Assembly (NCBI RefSeq): GCF_001194135.2
Contig: NC_068982.1
Span: 124,178,368-124,242,367, forward strand
Reading direction: 5' to 3'
Length of the DNA stretch: 64,000 nt
Source of the DNA: Octopus bimaculoides
Lineage: Eukaryota
Part shown: in pieces, positions 25,570 to 38,375 of the stretch
How positions within the stretch are numbered: the first letter of the stretch is position 1
Layout of the letters: each line of letters starts with the position of its first letter
Program-made: the position numbers and the translations under genes
Notes under the pieces: model-generated
What the model was told of the DNA's origin: nothing
Databases searched by the model: none
What the model saw: only the letters and a program-made list of their open reading frames with translations

Positions 25570-25768
25570 CTTGATGGTTAATAATTTTGTGGGTGTTTAC
25601 CAAGTCAGTTGCCAGACATTGGAGCTTCAATGTATCTATGCCCAGGGATGCAAGGTGCTCAGAGTATGGTAGATGCCTGATGGAGAGTATTCACTTGGTT
25701 GCACGTCTCTGGACAGTTTCCAGGAGGTCAATGTCTTGAGCAAGATAGGGGTTCCAGACTGGTGAACA
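25570..25768 (-). mobile_element. CR1-type ORF2 C-terminal fragment
   Basis: CSPVWNPYLAQDIDLLETVQRRATK...LPYSEHL..LGIDTL...DLVNTHKII. Confidence 0.8.
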
Positions 25769-25958
25769 CAATGCACCACCCAGCCCATGAATCGAAACCC
25801 TGACCTAACAATTGTGAATGTAACATTCTAATCATTAGTCTACACAGCTTCACTTTGAGGAGGATTTTAGGGAAATTAATGTTTGAAAGAAACAAACTTC
25901 GTAATAAATTTATTTATTTCTTCAGTTAATGTCAAATCTTTATTTCATTTTAAAACAG

Positions 25959-26132
25959 TACACTTCCACGTTCAAGATAAATGCTTTGCAGAAGGCTCTG
26001 GAAGATTCCGTAGCTTCTGAAGAGTTGGAAAAGGCTAATAAAGAGTACCAAAGTCTTACAGAAAGCTACCGAGATCTTTTAGAAAGAGAACATCTGTTTG
26101 TAGCAAAATCCGAAGCATTTGCTGGTCTTGAG
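25959..26132 (+). CDS. CEP290: CEP290 exon: YTSTFKINALQKALEDSVASEELEKANKEYQSLTESYRDLLEREHLFVAKSEAFAGLE
   Basis: aaacag / gtaatt, 174 nt; resembles human FKIAALQKVVDNSVSLSELELANKQY. Confidence 0.92.
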
Positions 26133-26684
26133 GTAATTACATTAATGCTATTCCTTATTCCTTTTGTCTATCTTCTCATTTCTCATGTTCTATAACTTTT
26201 GCACTCCTTGCTTGTATTACAAAAAGAGAAAAACAAACTCGACAATCCATAGGTGCCAGTATGGCTGTGTGGTTAAGAAGCTTGCTTTGCAACTACAAGG
26301 TTTTGAGTCCAGTCTCACAGTACAGTACCTTGAGCAAGTGTTGTCTATTATAACCCCAGGCTGACAAAAGACTTGTGAGTGGATTTAGTAGGTAGAAGCT
26401 GAAAGAATTCTGAGGGTATGTGTATCATCATTATCATCATCATCATCATCATCATTGTCATCATTTAACATCCATCTTCCATGCTGGCATGAGTTGGATG
26501 GCTTGATGAGAGCTGGTAAGCCAGAGGACTGCACTAAGCACCATTGTCTCTTTTAACATGGTTTCTATGACTGGATGTCCTTCCTCATGCCAACTATGAT
26601 ACAAAGTGGACTGAGTACTTTTTATGTGGTACCAGCACTGGCAAGGTTTGGTTTTCATGGCTGGATATCCTTTCTAACATTGTG

Positions 26685-26738
<54 letters not shown>

Positions 26739-27268
26739 TGCATGTGTGTGTGTGTACTCTTGTCTTGACATGAAGTGATGATATCAAACAGTGATCACCT
26801 TTATACAAATGATGTTAGTTTCCAGTCTTCCATGAAAAACATGTCTGACAATGGGGAAATATCTTACTTGGAAACAGATGACAGTTGGCAACAAGAAGGG
26901 CATTTGTACATAGAAAATCTACCTCAATAGATTCTGTGTGAACCATGCAAACATAGGAAAATGGATGTTAAACAGTCAGAATGATATAGAAGAAAGTAGG
27001 AAGGGAAATTAGCATTTTAATATTTGAAACAAAGTTCACATTTATTAGAGGATCAAATCTAGATTCTGAGTAATCTGGTAATGGTCTGAGCCAGTAACTA
27101 TTAAACCATTGAAAAGTTGACTAGAAAGGCTTTAGTTGTGAAGAATTTAGTGCTGCGAGTGCTTGACCATCAACAGACAGAAGGCGATTGAATTTGATGA
27201 AGTTGTTGCAAACCTCTACATTGCAAAATGTTATAGCTAACTGGTATTTTTGTTTCCTTTGATTGCAG

Positions 27269-27377
27269 GAGGAAGTGATTCAACTGAAGAATGAAAATGA
27301 ACATTTAAGTAAAATACTTGAACTAGAAAAAGACAAAGTTAATGTCTTATCAGATAATTTTGAAAAGATGAACACCG
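27269..27377 (+). CDS. CEP290: CEP290 exon: EEVIQLKNENEHLSKILELEKDKVNVLSDNFEKMNT
   Basis: ttgcag / gtaaaa, phase 0 to 1. Confidence 0.88.
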
Positions 27378-27460
27378 GTAAAAATATTTCCTTTGAGACG
27401 ACAGACATTTTGTTATGTTTCTTTACTAAAACTTTTGCCAGTTTTTTTAAAAATTGTACT

Positions 27461-27686
27461 ATACTCTTTTACTCTTATTGTTTTACTTGTTTCAGTCATT
27501 TGATTGTGGCCATGCTGGAGCACCGCCTTTAGTCGAGCAAATCGACCCCAGGACTTATTCTTTGGAAGCCTAGTATTTATTCTATCGGTCTCCTTTGCCG
27601 AACTGCTAAGTTACGGGGACATAAACACACCAGCATCGGTTGTCAAGCGATGGTTGTTGGGGACAAACACAGACACACAAACACAA

Positions 27687-27721
<35 letters not shown>

Positions 27722-27883
27722 CGACGGGCTTCTTTCCGTTTCCGTCTACCAAATCCACTCACAAGGCTTTGGTCGGCCCGAGGCTATAGTAGAAGACACT
27801 TGCCCAAGGTGCCATGCAGTGGGAATGAACCCAGAACCATGTGGTTGGTAAGCAAGCTACTTACCACACAGCCACTCCTGCGC
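27461..27883 (-). mobile_element. SINE family B, full length; other copies near 6395-6860, 8600-9235, 10005-10390, 42385-42710, 43735-44070, 50185-50712, 59590-59760
   Basis: Reverse complement of the 22483-22910 copy. Confidence 0.9.
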
Positions 27884-29022
27884 TATATTGTATTTAAAAA
27901 AAAATTGTATTATATATTATGACATTTATCAATGCTGTCATCACTAATACTATCACTTCTATTGCTGACAGCAGCAATGTTGTACTACAAGCCAATGAGG
28001 GACTCTCTTTGTAGTTGCTTGACCTGCCAGAAATAGCAAACAAACTTCTCTTTCAGATGCTACGAACTAATTCCATTTTGGCTGTTGTTTTATAGACCCT
28101 TGATTATTTAAGCAAAAATAAATAGAGTATGCAATGCCTACCACTCCAGCATTGCATACCAAGGGCATCCAGCTGTAGAAACCATGCCAAATGAGACTGG
28201 AGTCTGGTGTAACTTTCCAACTTGCCAGTCCTTGTCAAACCATCCAACGCATGCCAGCATGGACAATGGATGTTAAATGATGATGATGATGATTCAACTA
28301 GTGAGAGTCATCATCATTCTCTTCCTCATCATCATTAACCATTTTACTATGATGTGTGAAAGATAGTTGAAAAGTGATTACACTAAAGAAAAACTAGTAA
28401 TAAATAATGATTTCAGATCTGAGATTATTGGATTTTGCAGTGTTAATGGCACAGAACTTGGAATTATTAATAACTGCTGTATTGAAAATTTGTCTAACAT
28501 ATTTCAGGTGCAGGCAAGGTTGTATAGTTTGGAAGTTAGCTTCTGAAACACAAGGATTTGGGTCCAGTCCTACAATGCAGCACTTTGGGCAAATGTCTTC
28601 TACTGTAAACCTGGGCCAAACAATACTTCATGTGTGAATTTAGTAGACAGAAAGCAAATGAATGTCATGTATCTGTGCTTGCTTGCTTGCTTGAGTCGGT
28701 CGGTCGGTCGGTCGGTCGGTCGTCTATCTCTCAATTGAATTGGCTTTTGCTGGCTCTGTACTTTCAAAGATGAGTGGAATAAAATGTCTCTTACTTGGAA
28801 GCATAGTAATGGTTACTAACACAGGAAGGGCATCCAGCTGTAAAATAATGTCTAATAATATAATATTCATTTAACCCATGCACATATGGAATAAATGCAT
28901 TAAAAAAACAAATTAATTTTAGTATGGAAAAAAAAATGTTAAAACAACAAAGCACCAACAATAACAGTAATGATTTTTAATTTAGCGAACTATTTTTTTT
29001 CCTTATTGTTTGTCACCGACAG

Positions 29023-29204
29023 ATGCAAAGTCAGTAAATGTTAATGAAAATGGAAGTCAAACTGAGAAACTGGTGAGAACTGAAATGAATGAATTGCATG
29101 AAAAGCAACGGGCTGAGCATGCAGTTCAAATGTATGATAAGTCAAAGTTCCTGATTACTGGTTTGGAAAAACGAATCAAAGAACTGGAAGAAAATTTGGC
29201 AGAA
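29023..29204 (+). CDS. CEP290: CEP290 exon: (D)AKSVNVNENGSQTEKLVRTEMNELHEKQRAEHAVQMYDKSKFLITGLEKRIKELEENLAE
   Basis: gacag / gtaagt, phase 1 to 0; resembles human EMKELNERQRAEHCQKMY. Confidence 0.92.
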
Positions 29205-32200
29205 GTAAGTAAATATATTTCAAAACCTTTTTCCCCAATTGTTGCAATTATGACAAGGGAGATCATCCTTTCTTCATAATACTTGGTAGGATTAGAAATT
29301 ATAAGGAACAAGATACATGGTATTAATATAATTATTATTTTTTTTTTACGTAAAAAACACCATTTTGAGTGTGGCTGTTGCCAGTACTGCCTGACTGGCC
29401 CTCGTGCCGGTGGCACCTAAAAGCACCCACTACACTCTCAGAGTGGTTGGCATTAGGAAGGGCATCCAGCTGTAGAAACCTGCCAGATCAGATTGGAGCC
29501 TGGTGTAGCCATCTGGTTCGCCAGTCCTCAATCAAATTGTCCAACCCATGCTAGCATGGAAAGCGGACGTTAAATGATGATAATGATGATGATGATGATG
29601 AATGATCTTGAAATTTTTGGATGGTGGCAATCATATGCCATCCAGGCATGGCGCCCCGGTTTTGCCTATGTGCCCACAATATGAGCAGAGCAATGAAACT
29701 GTTCTGCACAAATTGAACCACAACTCCTCTTCTAACTGCATCTTTCTCTTCCTCACATTTCCTTTTCATAAATTATGATTGTTTTCCAATCCCTTTTCTT
29801 GCCCTCACTGCCCTGCTCACTGTATTGCTGCTCTCCCACCCCACAACATCCACTCCCACACCCTATTTTTCTACCCTCATATTCTTGTTATTTATAAGTA
29901 TACCCTAGCACTACACCATCTCTCTTTTGCTCTCTCTTGCACTTTTGATGTTTCCTACTCTCTCCTTCTCTTGTTTTTCCTCTGACTAGGTAACCAAGTA
30001 TCTCCTTTACATCAGCACACTTGTTTCTGGTCTCTTTCTTGTATCTCTCTCTCTCACTCTCTATCTCCTCTCTCTCTCTCACTGTGTAACCATGTACCTC
30101 CTGTATAGCAAGATACCTATTTCTGCCTCTCTATTTCCCTGTTACACTCTAACCTTTCAGCATTTGGTACTGGATCACCTCCTCTAATGTCCCCTCTGTT
30201 GTGAAAGACATCTCCTTCTGTCCGTCTGTCTCTTTGTCACACTCTGATCTTTCATTCTCTGACACAAGTTCCCCTCTACAAATGTCCCTGCTCCTCTCAT
30301 AATGCCTTGTCTTGTGAGTTACTTGGTTACCTTGCCAATGCTGGTGCCATGTTAAAAGCATCCAATCCACACTATAATGTAGTTGTCGTTTGGAAGGGCA
30401 TCCAGCTGTAAAAATCATGCCAAAACTAACCTCACTTGTGCTTGTGTCACGTTAAAAGCACTGAGTCCATTCTGCGGAATGCAGGCGTTAGGAAGGGCAT
30501 CCAACTGTAAAATCTCTACCAAAACAGACACAGTAGCCAAGGGTAGTTTTTCTACCTGGCTGGCACCTGTCAACTGTCTTACCCATACATGTATGGAAGA
30601 TAGACATTAAACAATGATGATGGGTAACAGTTATGTAAATCAACAACAGCTACAGCTATGATTTCACTTGGCTTGACTGGTCTTTTCAAGCATGGCATAT
30701 CGCCAAAGGTTTCAGTCACTTGTCATTGCCTCTGTGAAGCCTAGTGTTTGAAGATCTTGCCTCACCACCTTGTCTCATGTGTTCCCGAGTTTCCCTCTTC
30801 TACAACTTCCTTCCACTGGTAGAGATTGGCACTTCTTCACACAATTGCCCACGTAGCTTTTCTCTCAAGATGTTTACACTTTGTTGTACATGTATATATA
30901 TTATATTATGTGTATATGTATGTATGTATGTATGTCTGTCTCTGTGTCATGTTATTATGTTACACTGCTTGAAAAATCAATATTAAGTTGTTAAGTACCT
31001 GACTTAAAAATAAGTAATGTGGAGTTCGCATAATTGACTAAAACTCTTCAAGGCAGTGCCCCAGTATGATCACAGTTTAATGACAGAAACAGGTAAGAGA
31101 GTATACCATTTTTTGTGTATATTCTGAATGGTTATTACACTCTCAGCAAAATCATAGATGAAATTGTTTTGGTTTCAATACAAAATCTGAGGTCAACACA
31201 CTTGCTGAACAGGTATAACTCTGAAATCATTATTTACGGGAAACTGAATTTGCAACCCAGTCACAGTTTGACATCAAGGTCACGTTACACTGTATAGAAG
31301 AAGAAGCCCCACCCAAAAGAAAATAAAATAAAAACACACACATACACACGCACACACACACACACACACATACACACACACTCACACACACAGATAAATA
31401 CATACCTACACACACAAAACAAATAAAGCAAAATATAATATGCCCGTCTTGAATTTGTATTTCTTTTTTTCTTTCTTTCATGCTCATCGTCATTTAATGT
31501 CCATTTCCCATACACGCTCAGGTTTGACAGTTTTACGGCTTGATGAGAGCTGACAAGCCGGAGGGCTGCATCAAACCCTAGCTGTCTGTTGTGGCATGGT
31601 TTCTCTGGCTGGATGCCCTTCCTAACACCAACCACTTTACAAAATGCACTGGATGCTTTTGTTTGGCATTGGCACATTGTTTTAAATTATAGTTTGTAAA
31701 CAATATGTGATTGGTTACAGGTTTCTAACTATTGGCCACTCACTGGTCCATTGAATTTTTTTGATGACATGTGTAAATGTGTGACAAGGGAGCATGCACA
31801 TTACTTGGTGCAGAACAAATAATTCAAAATATACAAGATTTTTTTTTTTCCACTGATGTTGGTTTGCTTACATCCCTGTAACTTTGCAGCTTGGCAAAAG
31901 AGACTGATGGAATGAGTACCAAACTTAAAAAATAAGTAGTGGGGTTAATCTTTTCAAGTGTTCTTCAAAGTAGTGCCCCAGCATGGCTGCTATCTGAGAT
32001 CTAGACAAAAGATAAAAGATGCTTACATCCTTTACTTGTGTACATAAACAAAAGATCGATACATATTTCATCATCATCATTCATCACTATTATCATTATC
32101 ATCATCATTCATCACTGTCATCATTATCATCATCATCTTTTTGATTTTCCATGTTGGCATGGATTGGATTGGTCTCACCATTCATTGTGGTATGTCATCA

Positions 32201-32548
32201 TCACCATAGCCTGTACCTATGTATATATATATATATATANNNNNNNNNNNNNNNNNNNNNNNNNNNNNNNNNNNNNNNNNNNNNNNNNNNNNNNNNNNNN
32301 NNNNNNNNNNNNNNNNNNNNNNNNNNNNNNNNNNNNNNNNNNNNNNNNNNNNNNNNNNNNNNNNNNATATATACATATATATAGGTTAGTTGAGTTAGAG
32401 GTTGGAATAACTGTCTGAGGGATAAAAATATCTGTTATACTACCGGTGTAATTATCTATGTTAACCCTGGACATACATATGCAAGCATATTATGCTTATA
32501 GGTTACAGATAATGACAAAGATAAACATGAGTTTATCAGGAATCAAAC

Positions 32549-33078
32549 TTAAAGTAAACAGAAAATGGAGAAATATTGATCAACAATTGACTAACATCAA
32601 TTATTACTTTTTAATTAAATACAAATGAACTGTATCCCATCTAACGGCTGTTTCTGCTTCCAATGTTATACAGTATAGCCATTGAAAATTCTTAAAATAA
32701 TATTCATCATATTTCGTAATACATCCGATCTGGAACATGGAGCTTCATCAGAGTGAAGAAAAATGCATAAAAGGAAAGAAAAGAAGAGCTTTGAGAAGAA
32801 GATGAAAGGCTTATCTTCTTCTCAAGGCTCTTCTTCTTTTCTTTCTTTTTCTTTTATGCATTTTTCTTCACTCTGATGAAGCTCCCTGTTCCAGATTGGA
32901 TGTATTATGAAATATGATGAATATTATTTTCAGAATTTTCAATGGCTATACTGCATAACATTGGAAGCAGAAACAGCTGTTAGATGGGATACAGTTAATT
33001 TGTATTTAATTAAAAAATAATAAATGATGTTAATCAGTTATTGTTGATCAATATTTCTCCATTTTCTGTTTACTTTAA
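32549..33078. repeat. 530-bp inverted repeat (about 260-bp arms, about 5-nt loop)
   Basis: Arms match at roughly 93% by eye; centre gatga-aaggc-ttatc near 32808. Confidence 0.95.
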
Positions 33079-33447
33079 ATTTCTCTCTCTCTCTATATAT
33101 GTATATATATATGTATATATATATATATCTGTGTGTGTGTGTGTGTCTGTATGTATGATGTATGATATGCTTATATAAAGTCAGCTTCCAAAGAAAATAA
33201 CATTGAAATATTTCATACTTTATAAGTTTTGGAATACAGAAAAATGTATATGAAAATATTTTTGTATTGCTTCGTTGAACTTTCAGCTGTAAAAATTTTA
33301 AATTAGAATTTTCTTACACTTTTTTTTTCTTTCTTATATCTTTATGCAATTCTGTTTCTGAAATGTTTCTCAATTTACTTTCATTTAATATTTTTGCATT
33401 TTTTTCTTCATTGTATTTTACCTCTTTTGTTTTTCATTTTTACAAAG

Positions 33448-33508
33448 GTTTCCCAGGTAAACAATACATATAAAAAATCTGAAGAGCAATTACGAGAAGA
33501 GTTAGCAA
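33448..33508 (+). CDS. CEP290: CEP290 exon: VSQVNNTYKKSEEQLREELA
   Basis: acaaag / gtaaga, phase 0 to 1; resembles human LTKINLDAQKVEQMLRDELA; an in-frame CAG 9 nt downstream is an alternative acceptor. Confidence 0.85.
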
Positions 33509-34009
33509 GTAAGAAGTGCTTCCACATTTTATAAACAATTGTTTCCAATGCTTGTTGATAGAAATTGCTGAGTTGTTCAGTTTACTGGTATTCCTTATTT
33601 TTGTTCTTGTGTATAACTAATGATGTCATCTCCATCTTCAGAATTGTTTTAAACTGTTTTTTTTTCTTTCTATGGGATAAAAACATAGTTTATTGCCTCC
33701 TCATCCCAATATTTGCCTTCTTATTTTTGAGACCCAGTATTCTGATTTGAAATTCCACCATTTTCTTCTCATGTATTTTTCTGTAGATCTTCCACATTCA
33801 TTACCAATATATCACTACTTTACATTCCTTACATTGTTTTTGTACAGAGAGAGAGAGAGAGAGAGAAATCTTATGTTGCGGTCAGAAGTAATAACTTCCT
33901 GAACTGGGATTTTTTTTGTTAGTGACTTGACAAAAATGAGTTCTTCTTTTATAAAACTCTTTTCATATTTATGGTGCAATCATTCTTACATGCTCTGTAA
34001 GGTTATAAA

Positions 34010-34445
34010 CTGACCTTGTTTGAGTGTCCAACATGCGACTCCTCAAAAGACTGTTTTACAGTGAACTGGCAGAAGGTAAGCACACACAAGGTGGACATAA
34101 AAAGTGCTTCAAGGACATACTCAAAGCCTTACTAAAGAGCTTTGAGATCAACGCTGAGACCTGGGAAACATGAAGACAAGACTGCCTGGCGAAGATGTAC
34201 CAGCAGAAGTGCCACCTCCTACAAATGGAATAGGATTGCAGGGGCACAAAGAAGGTGCAAACTGCACAAGTCCAAAGCCAACTCCTTGCCTTCAGTCCCA
34301 GCCAACCACCAGTGCCTGATCTGCAACAGAACCTTCTGAGTATGCATTGGACTAATTGGCCACAGCTGGACATACCATGACTCATCTTCTCCCACGTGAT
34401 GTCCTTGGTCATCGTTGATAACAATGGATGCACTAATAATAATTT
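34010..34445 (+). mobile_element. RTE LINE 3' end with C-terminal zinc finger (second family)
   Basis: RLLKRLFYSELAEGK..QGGHKKCFKD..LK...WE...DKTAWR...HQCLICNRTF..IGLIGH; (TAA)n tail. Confidence 0.8.
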
Positions 34446-34679
34446 TATTCATTCTTAGAAAATAAAAAGCAAAGTTGACTTGAGTAGGACTTGAACTCAG
34501 AATATGAAGGGCTGTAACTAAATGCTACAAGGTTAAAATTTTGTCTTATGCTCTAATTATTCTGATACTCTATCATTTAATGTGATCCTGATCAAATTTA
34601 TTCTGATTGTAATTTCTCTTGACTCTCAACTTTGTTGAAAATCAAATCAACAGTGTAACAATAGCTTTAAGCCTGTTTT

Positions 34680-35100
34680 CATTGGTAGCATGAATCAGTC
34701 AAGTCTGATGTGTTTACACCACCAACTCCAATCGACTGCTTCCAATTCACAAGCTTAAGGAGGATACTTGACATCAAGTGGCTGCAAAGCGTCTGAAATG
34801 ACATAATTGAGATGATGATGGGTATCAATAGGTTCAGTGATGAAACAAGATGCAGATGCTAGAACTCGATCGGACTCATCTTCAGATAAAATCGAGAAAG
34901 CAATTGTATCGTGGCACTAAAGTGGCAGCCTGAGGAGAAAAAAAAAGCAGCAGGGCACCCTAAAACCACATGGCAAAGGACCATTGACAAGGAAAGGAAA
35001 CGAGAAAAGAAGCTGGAATGAAACCAGAACAGTGGCAGAAAACAGCTGGTTGGGGAGATCATGTTGCAGCCTTATGTGCCTCATGGCATGGAGAGAACTA
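34680..35100 (+). mobile_element. RTE LINE 3' fragment (third family)
   Basis: Degenerate RRILDIKW; ALKWQPE..GHPKTTWQRTI..ALCASWHGEN. Confidence 0.65.
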
Positions 35101-35684
35101 TATAACAAACTAACTTCATTTGTGTATTAATTTCTCTATCAACTTTTATTTATATATGGTGTATTCTCTCTTCAACGTCAACACTGGCTTATATCAAGCA
35201 ATGTCACTATTTTATAGTTGTTACAACTGTCTTCAGGAATGCTTTCTGAAGCCTTCAACATATATAAAACTATTGAAGAAATATGAGTTTGTTTTCAGAA
35301 AAACTTATTAAACTTCTCTTTAAATGCTGAGTTTTTACTGTATCATTTATTAAATCAATCACTCTGGCAACAAACAAAAATGTTGGACCATCATTAAAGT
35401 GTTTCCATCTTTAAAGTATTTGTACCACAGGATTTTCGATTACAATATTGGAAGTTATTCTGTATATTCTCATCCTTTACATTTGGTTCTGATCCTTTAC
35501 ATTTGATTCTGATCTTTTACATTTGTTCTGTTATTCTATTCAAGGTTAAAAATAATCGAAGTAGTTAAAACAATTTTCTTTCTTTTATATCATTGAAAAA
35601 GTAAAGTTTAATTTATTGACAAAAAGCAACCGGTACACTGGTAATTGATCTGAACAGTGATAATGCAGGGCTTGAAAGAGCTCT

Positions 35685-35835
35685 TAAGTCTTCATAATGG
35701 CATGGCAACCCCTATAGTGCTGGTGCCATGAAAATACACTGAGTACACTCTGTAATGTAGTTGGTGACAAAAACGGCAAATATAGAACACTGGAGGATCC
35801 ATTGAATCCTTCCAACCCATTGAATTCTTTCAACC
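35685..35835 (+). repeat. 151-bp direct repeat, copy 1
   Basis: 2 mismatches versus 38376-38526. Confidence 0.95.
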
Positions 35836-35889
35836 CATTAAATCCTGTCGAACTGTTCTCTCTCTACCAACTTAGAAAATGGACATAAA

Positions 35890-35920
<31 letters not shown>

Positions 35921-35921
35921 C

Positions 35922-35966
<45 letters not shown>
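35890..35966. repeat. (GAT)n microsatellite; another long tract at about 47244-47326
   Basis: Direct reading. Confidence 0.98.
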
Positions 35967-35967
<1 letters not shown>

Positions 35968-36306
35968 TAACTAGATAAGACTAACTTCAGCTTAAAAGAT
36001 GAAAAAGAAAATTATACAGAATTGCATGAAGTCATTTAGACTGCAAAGTAATGTTCAAAATAAAAGTAATGCCTCTTTTAATCATTTGCTGTTGTAATTT
36101 CATTTCAAAATTCAAATATATGCTGGAACTCAATTAGAAGTATATAATTCTGTATGCTAATGTAAATTTAAATAGAAGCATTATTTATTGTGTTAGGAAA
36201 TGTGCTTTGTTATATGTATATTCAATATTATAAAGTGTCAGATGACTCATTCTCTCACTAACTATGATATTAACTATACTCTCTTGTTAATTATGATTTA
36301 TTTAAG

Positions 36307-36404
36307 ATGCAGCAACCAAAGATGTAAATGAATCAGATAGAAAGAAAATTGCAGAACTTGAAGAAAATGAAATATGCCTGAAAGCTGAAATCTCCAAATT
36401 AAAA
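36307..36404 (+). CDS. CEP290: CEP290 exon: (N)AATKDVNESDRKKIAELEENEICLKAEISKLK
   Basis: tttaag / gtaatt, phase 1 to 0; resembles human SDADRQRILELEKNEMELKVEVSKLR. Confidence 0.9.
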
Positions 36405-37669
36405 GTAATTATTTTCTTAAAATATTAATTTAATATCTGAAGATCTTGTTCTATATTTTACTTTATTAGATTATCTACTAAGATACTATACTTTCAGATA
36501 CTATACTTTAGTTGAAGTTGATAGTTTCATACAATTGTAAAATAGTAAATCCTTCATGGAAAAAAATCAGAAAGTTTATTTTCAACAGTATGAATAGGAA
36601 TGATGGCTGGACCTCTTCCTGTCAGGTGTCCCAGATGAACCAACTTCACGGCAGGAGGCACAGATGAGAGCAGCTGCATCAAACTCTCTCATGCACCAAA
36701 TGTCAATTCCTGAAGTAAAATTCATGAAGTAAAATTGTGTAGCAACACCAAATGGCGGTGCCCCAGCATGGCCACAGCTCATGAGCTGAAACTTGATAAA
36801 ATGAAAATGAAAAATATGCGTTCTTAATATGTTCTGGTAGATTTGAACACAAATAAGCTAATTGTTGTGTTTGTTACAGGAACCAGCTATTCCTTTATGA
36901 CATCTATGTGTTTATAACACACTTGATTCATTAGGGCAAGGGATTCTGGGATGCCAGTGTTTCAGTATGTTGTGTCTCATAACCCAAAACTATTTGGGCT
37001 AACAAATCTGACAAGAACTGATGACCTAGTTTATAATTTCAGCAAACAAATTGTTTGCTGATCTGTGCTGATATTTGCCAACCAATAATAAATTGTTATT
37101 TGTGCAGTAAACAACAAAAGTTGCATATCTGTTCTTAATACATTCCAGCAGATTTGAACAACAAGATATCTTTACTTCTTCAAAAATCTAATATCTGTGT
37201 TTAAGAGATTCAAAGAAACTTTCCTATTCTGTTACTAGACACCATGGTTTTCATTTAAAAGAATGAGTTGCAGTTTAAAATTTCTGAAAGAAAAATATAC
37301 AAGATATGGGGCAACAATATGGCTCCTGATGGACAGAATTAAAAACTAGATTTTCATAGGAAACAAGAAAGAAATTGTTGGCATGTTTCAAATATATTTG
37401 AAGAATAGTAAATATGAAAAAGAAGCAAAATATTTGTAATGGATTAAAAACAGCACAGTAGTTAATTACTTCAGAGAATAAATATTCAGAAAAATTATTC
37501 TCATTCTGTCAGCCCTGAAATGTCTTTGTATGAAATGTTCATCATGCCATACTGCTAATATTAAAAGTACCTTGTGGTATTGAGGTAATAGAGCTATAAA
37601 AGTGAATAGTTAAAATGAGCAGAACAGAACTTGCTAAACTTGTTATCTTCAATTCAATTTACATGCTTA

Positions 37670-38090
37670 TCCTCACTTGTGGCTAAAATGGGGTTCCTCT
37701 GAAGGGTCTCTGGAGTAACTTTACTTGACAATGTGTGTAGCTCAGAGATTAGGGAGTCTCCCCAAGTTGAGCCACTACTTCTCCATATTGAGAGGTCACA
37801 CAGCACCTGTGCTACCTAGATGTGATTAGAATGTTGCAAAAGAATCACAAGAATTCTCCACTCCAAGCCAACCAGTAGGAGGCCTAAGGATAGACCAAGA
37901 ACAAGATGGTTAGATAATATCCATAGTTTCAGTTGGATATGTTTAGGAATCCAACAGGAAAGTGTAACGACAGTTGCTTCTGATAGGATCCTTTGGAGGG
38001 GGTGCTTGAGGACTACTACCCCCATGATCCTCCCAGCCTAGCAATAGTGAGTGGTGAACAGATGGATAGATAGATGGATGGATGGATGAT
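37670..38090 (+). mobile_element. RTE LINE 3' fragment with (GATG)n tail
   Basis: RVSGVTLLD.V.SSEIRE..VEPLLLHIERS; RP..RPRTRWLDNI. Confidence 0.7.
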
Positions 38091-38375
38091 TTTTGTTGTA
38101 TAGTTTAGAATAAATCTTAAATTCTTTTCTGATTCATTGCTGTAAAGTACTATCTTAGGTTCCAACTGAATGTTGCTTTAAAAAACTAATTTTGATAATA
38201 GCTGTAGACCACTTATTTAATGAGCAGGAATAAATAATTAAGTAAATGAAGAGTGAGAATTATGAGAATTATTTTATAATTTTAAAAATCTTAGAGTTAA
38301 TTGAAGGTTTTGGCTGATGGGTTTTAAAACCTCAATCAGATATTTAAAAGCCAATTAAGAAATAAAAATAGCATC

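Noticed and set aside
32700-32920. Second hammerhead in the foldback arms (CTGATGA...CGAAA)
   Set aside because: Core words are present, but no credible stem II closing pair and only a weak stem I; not called.
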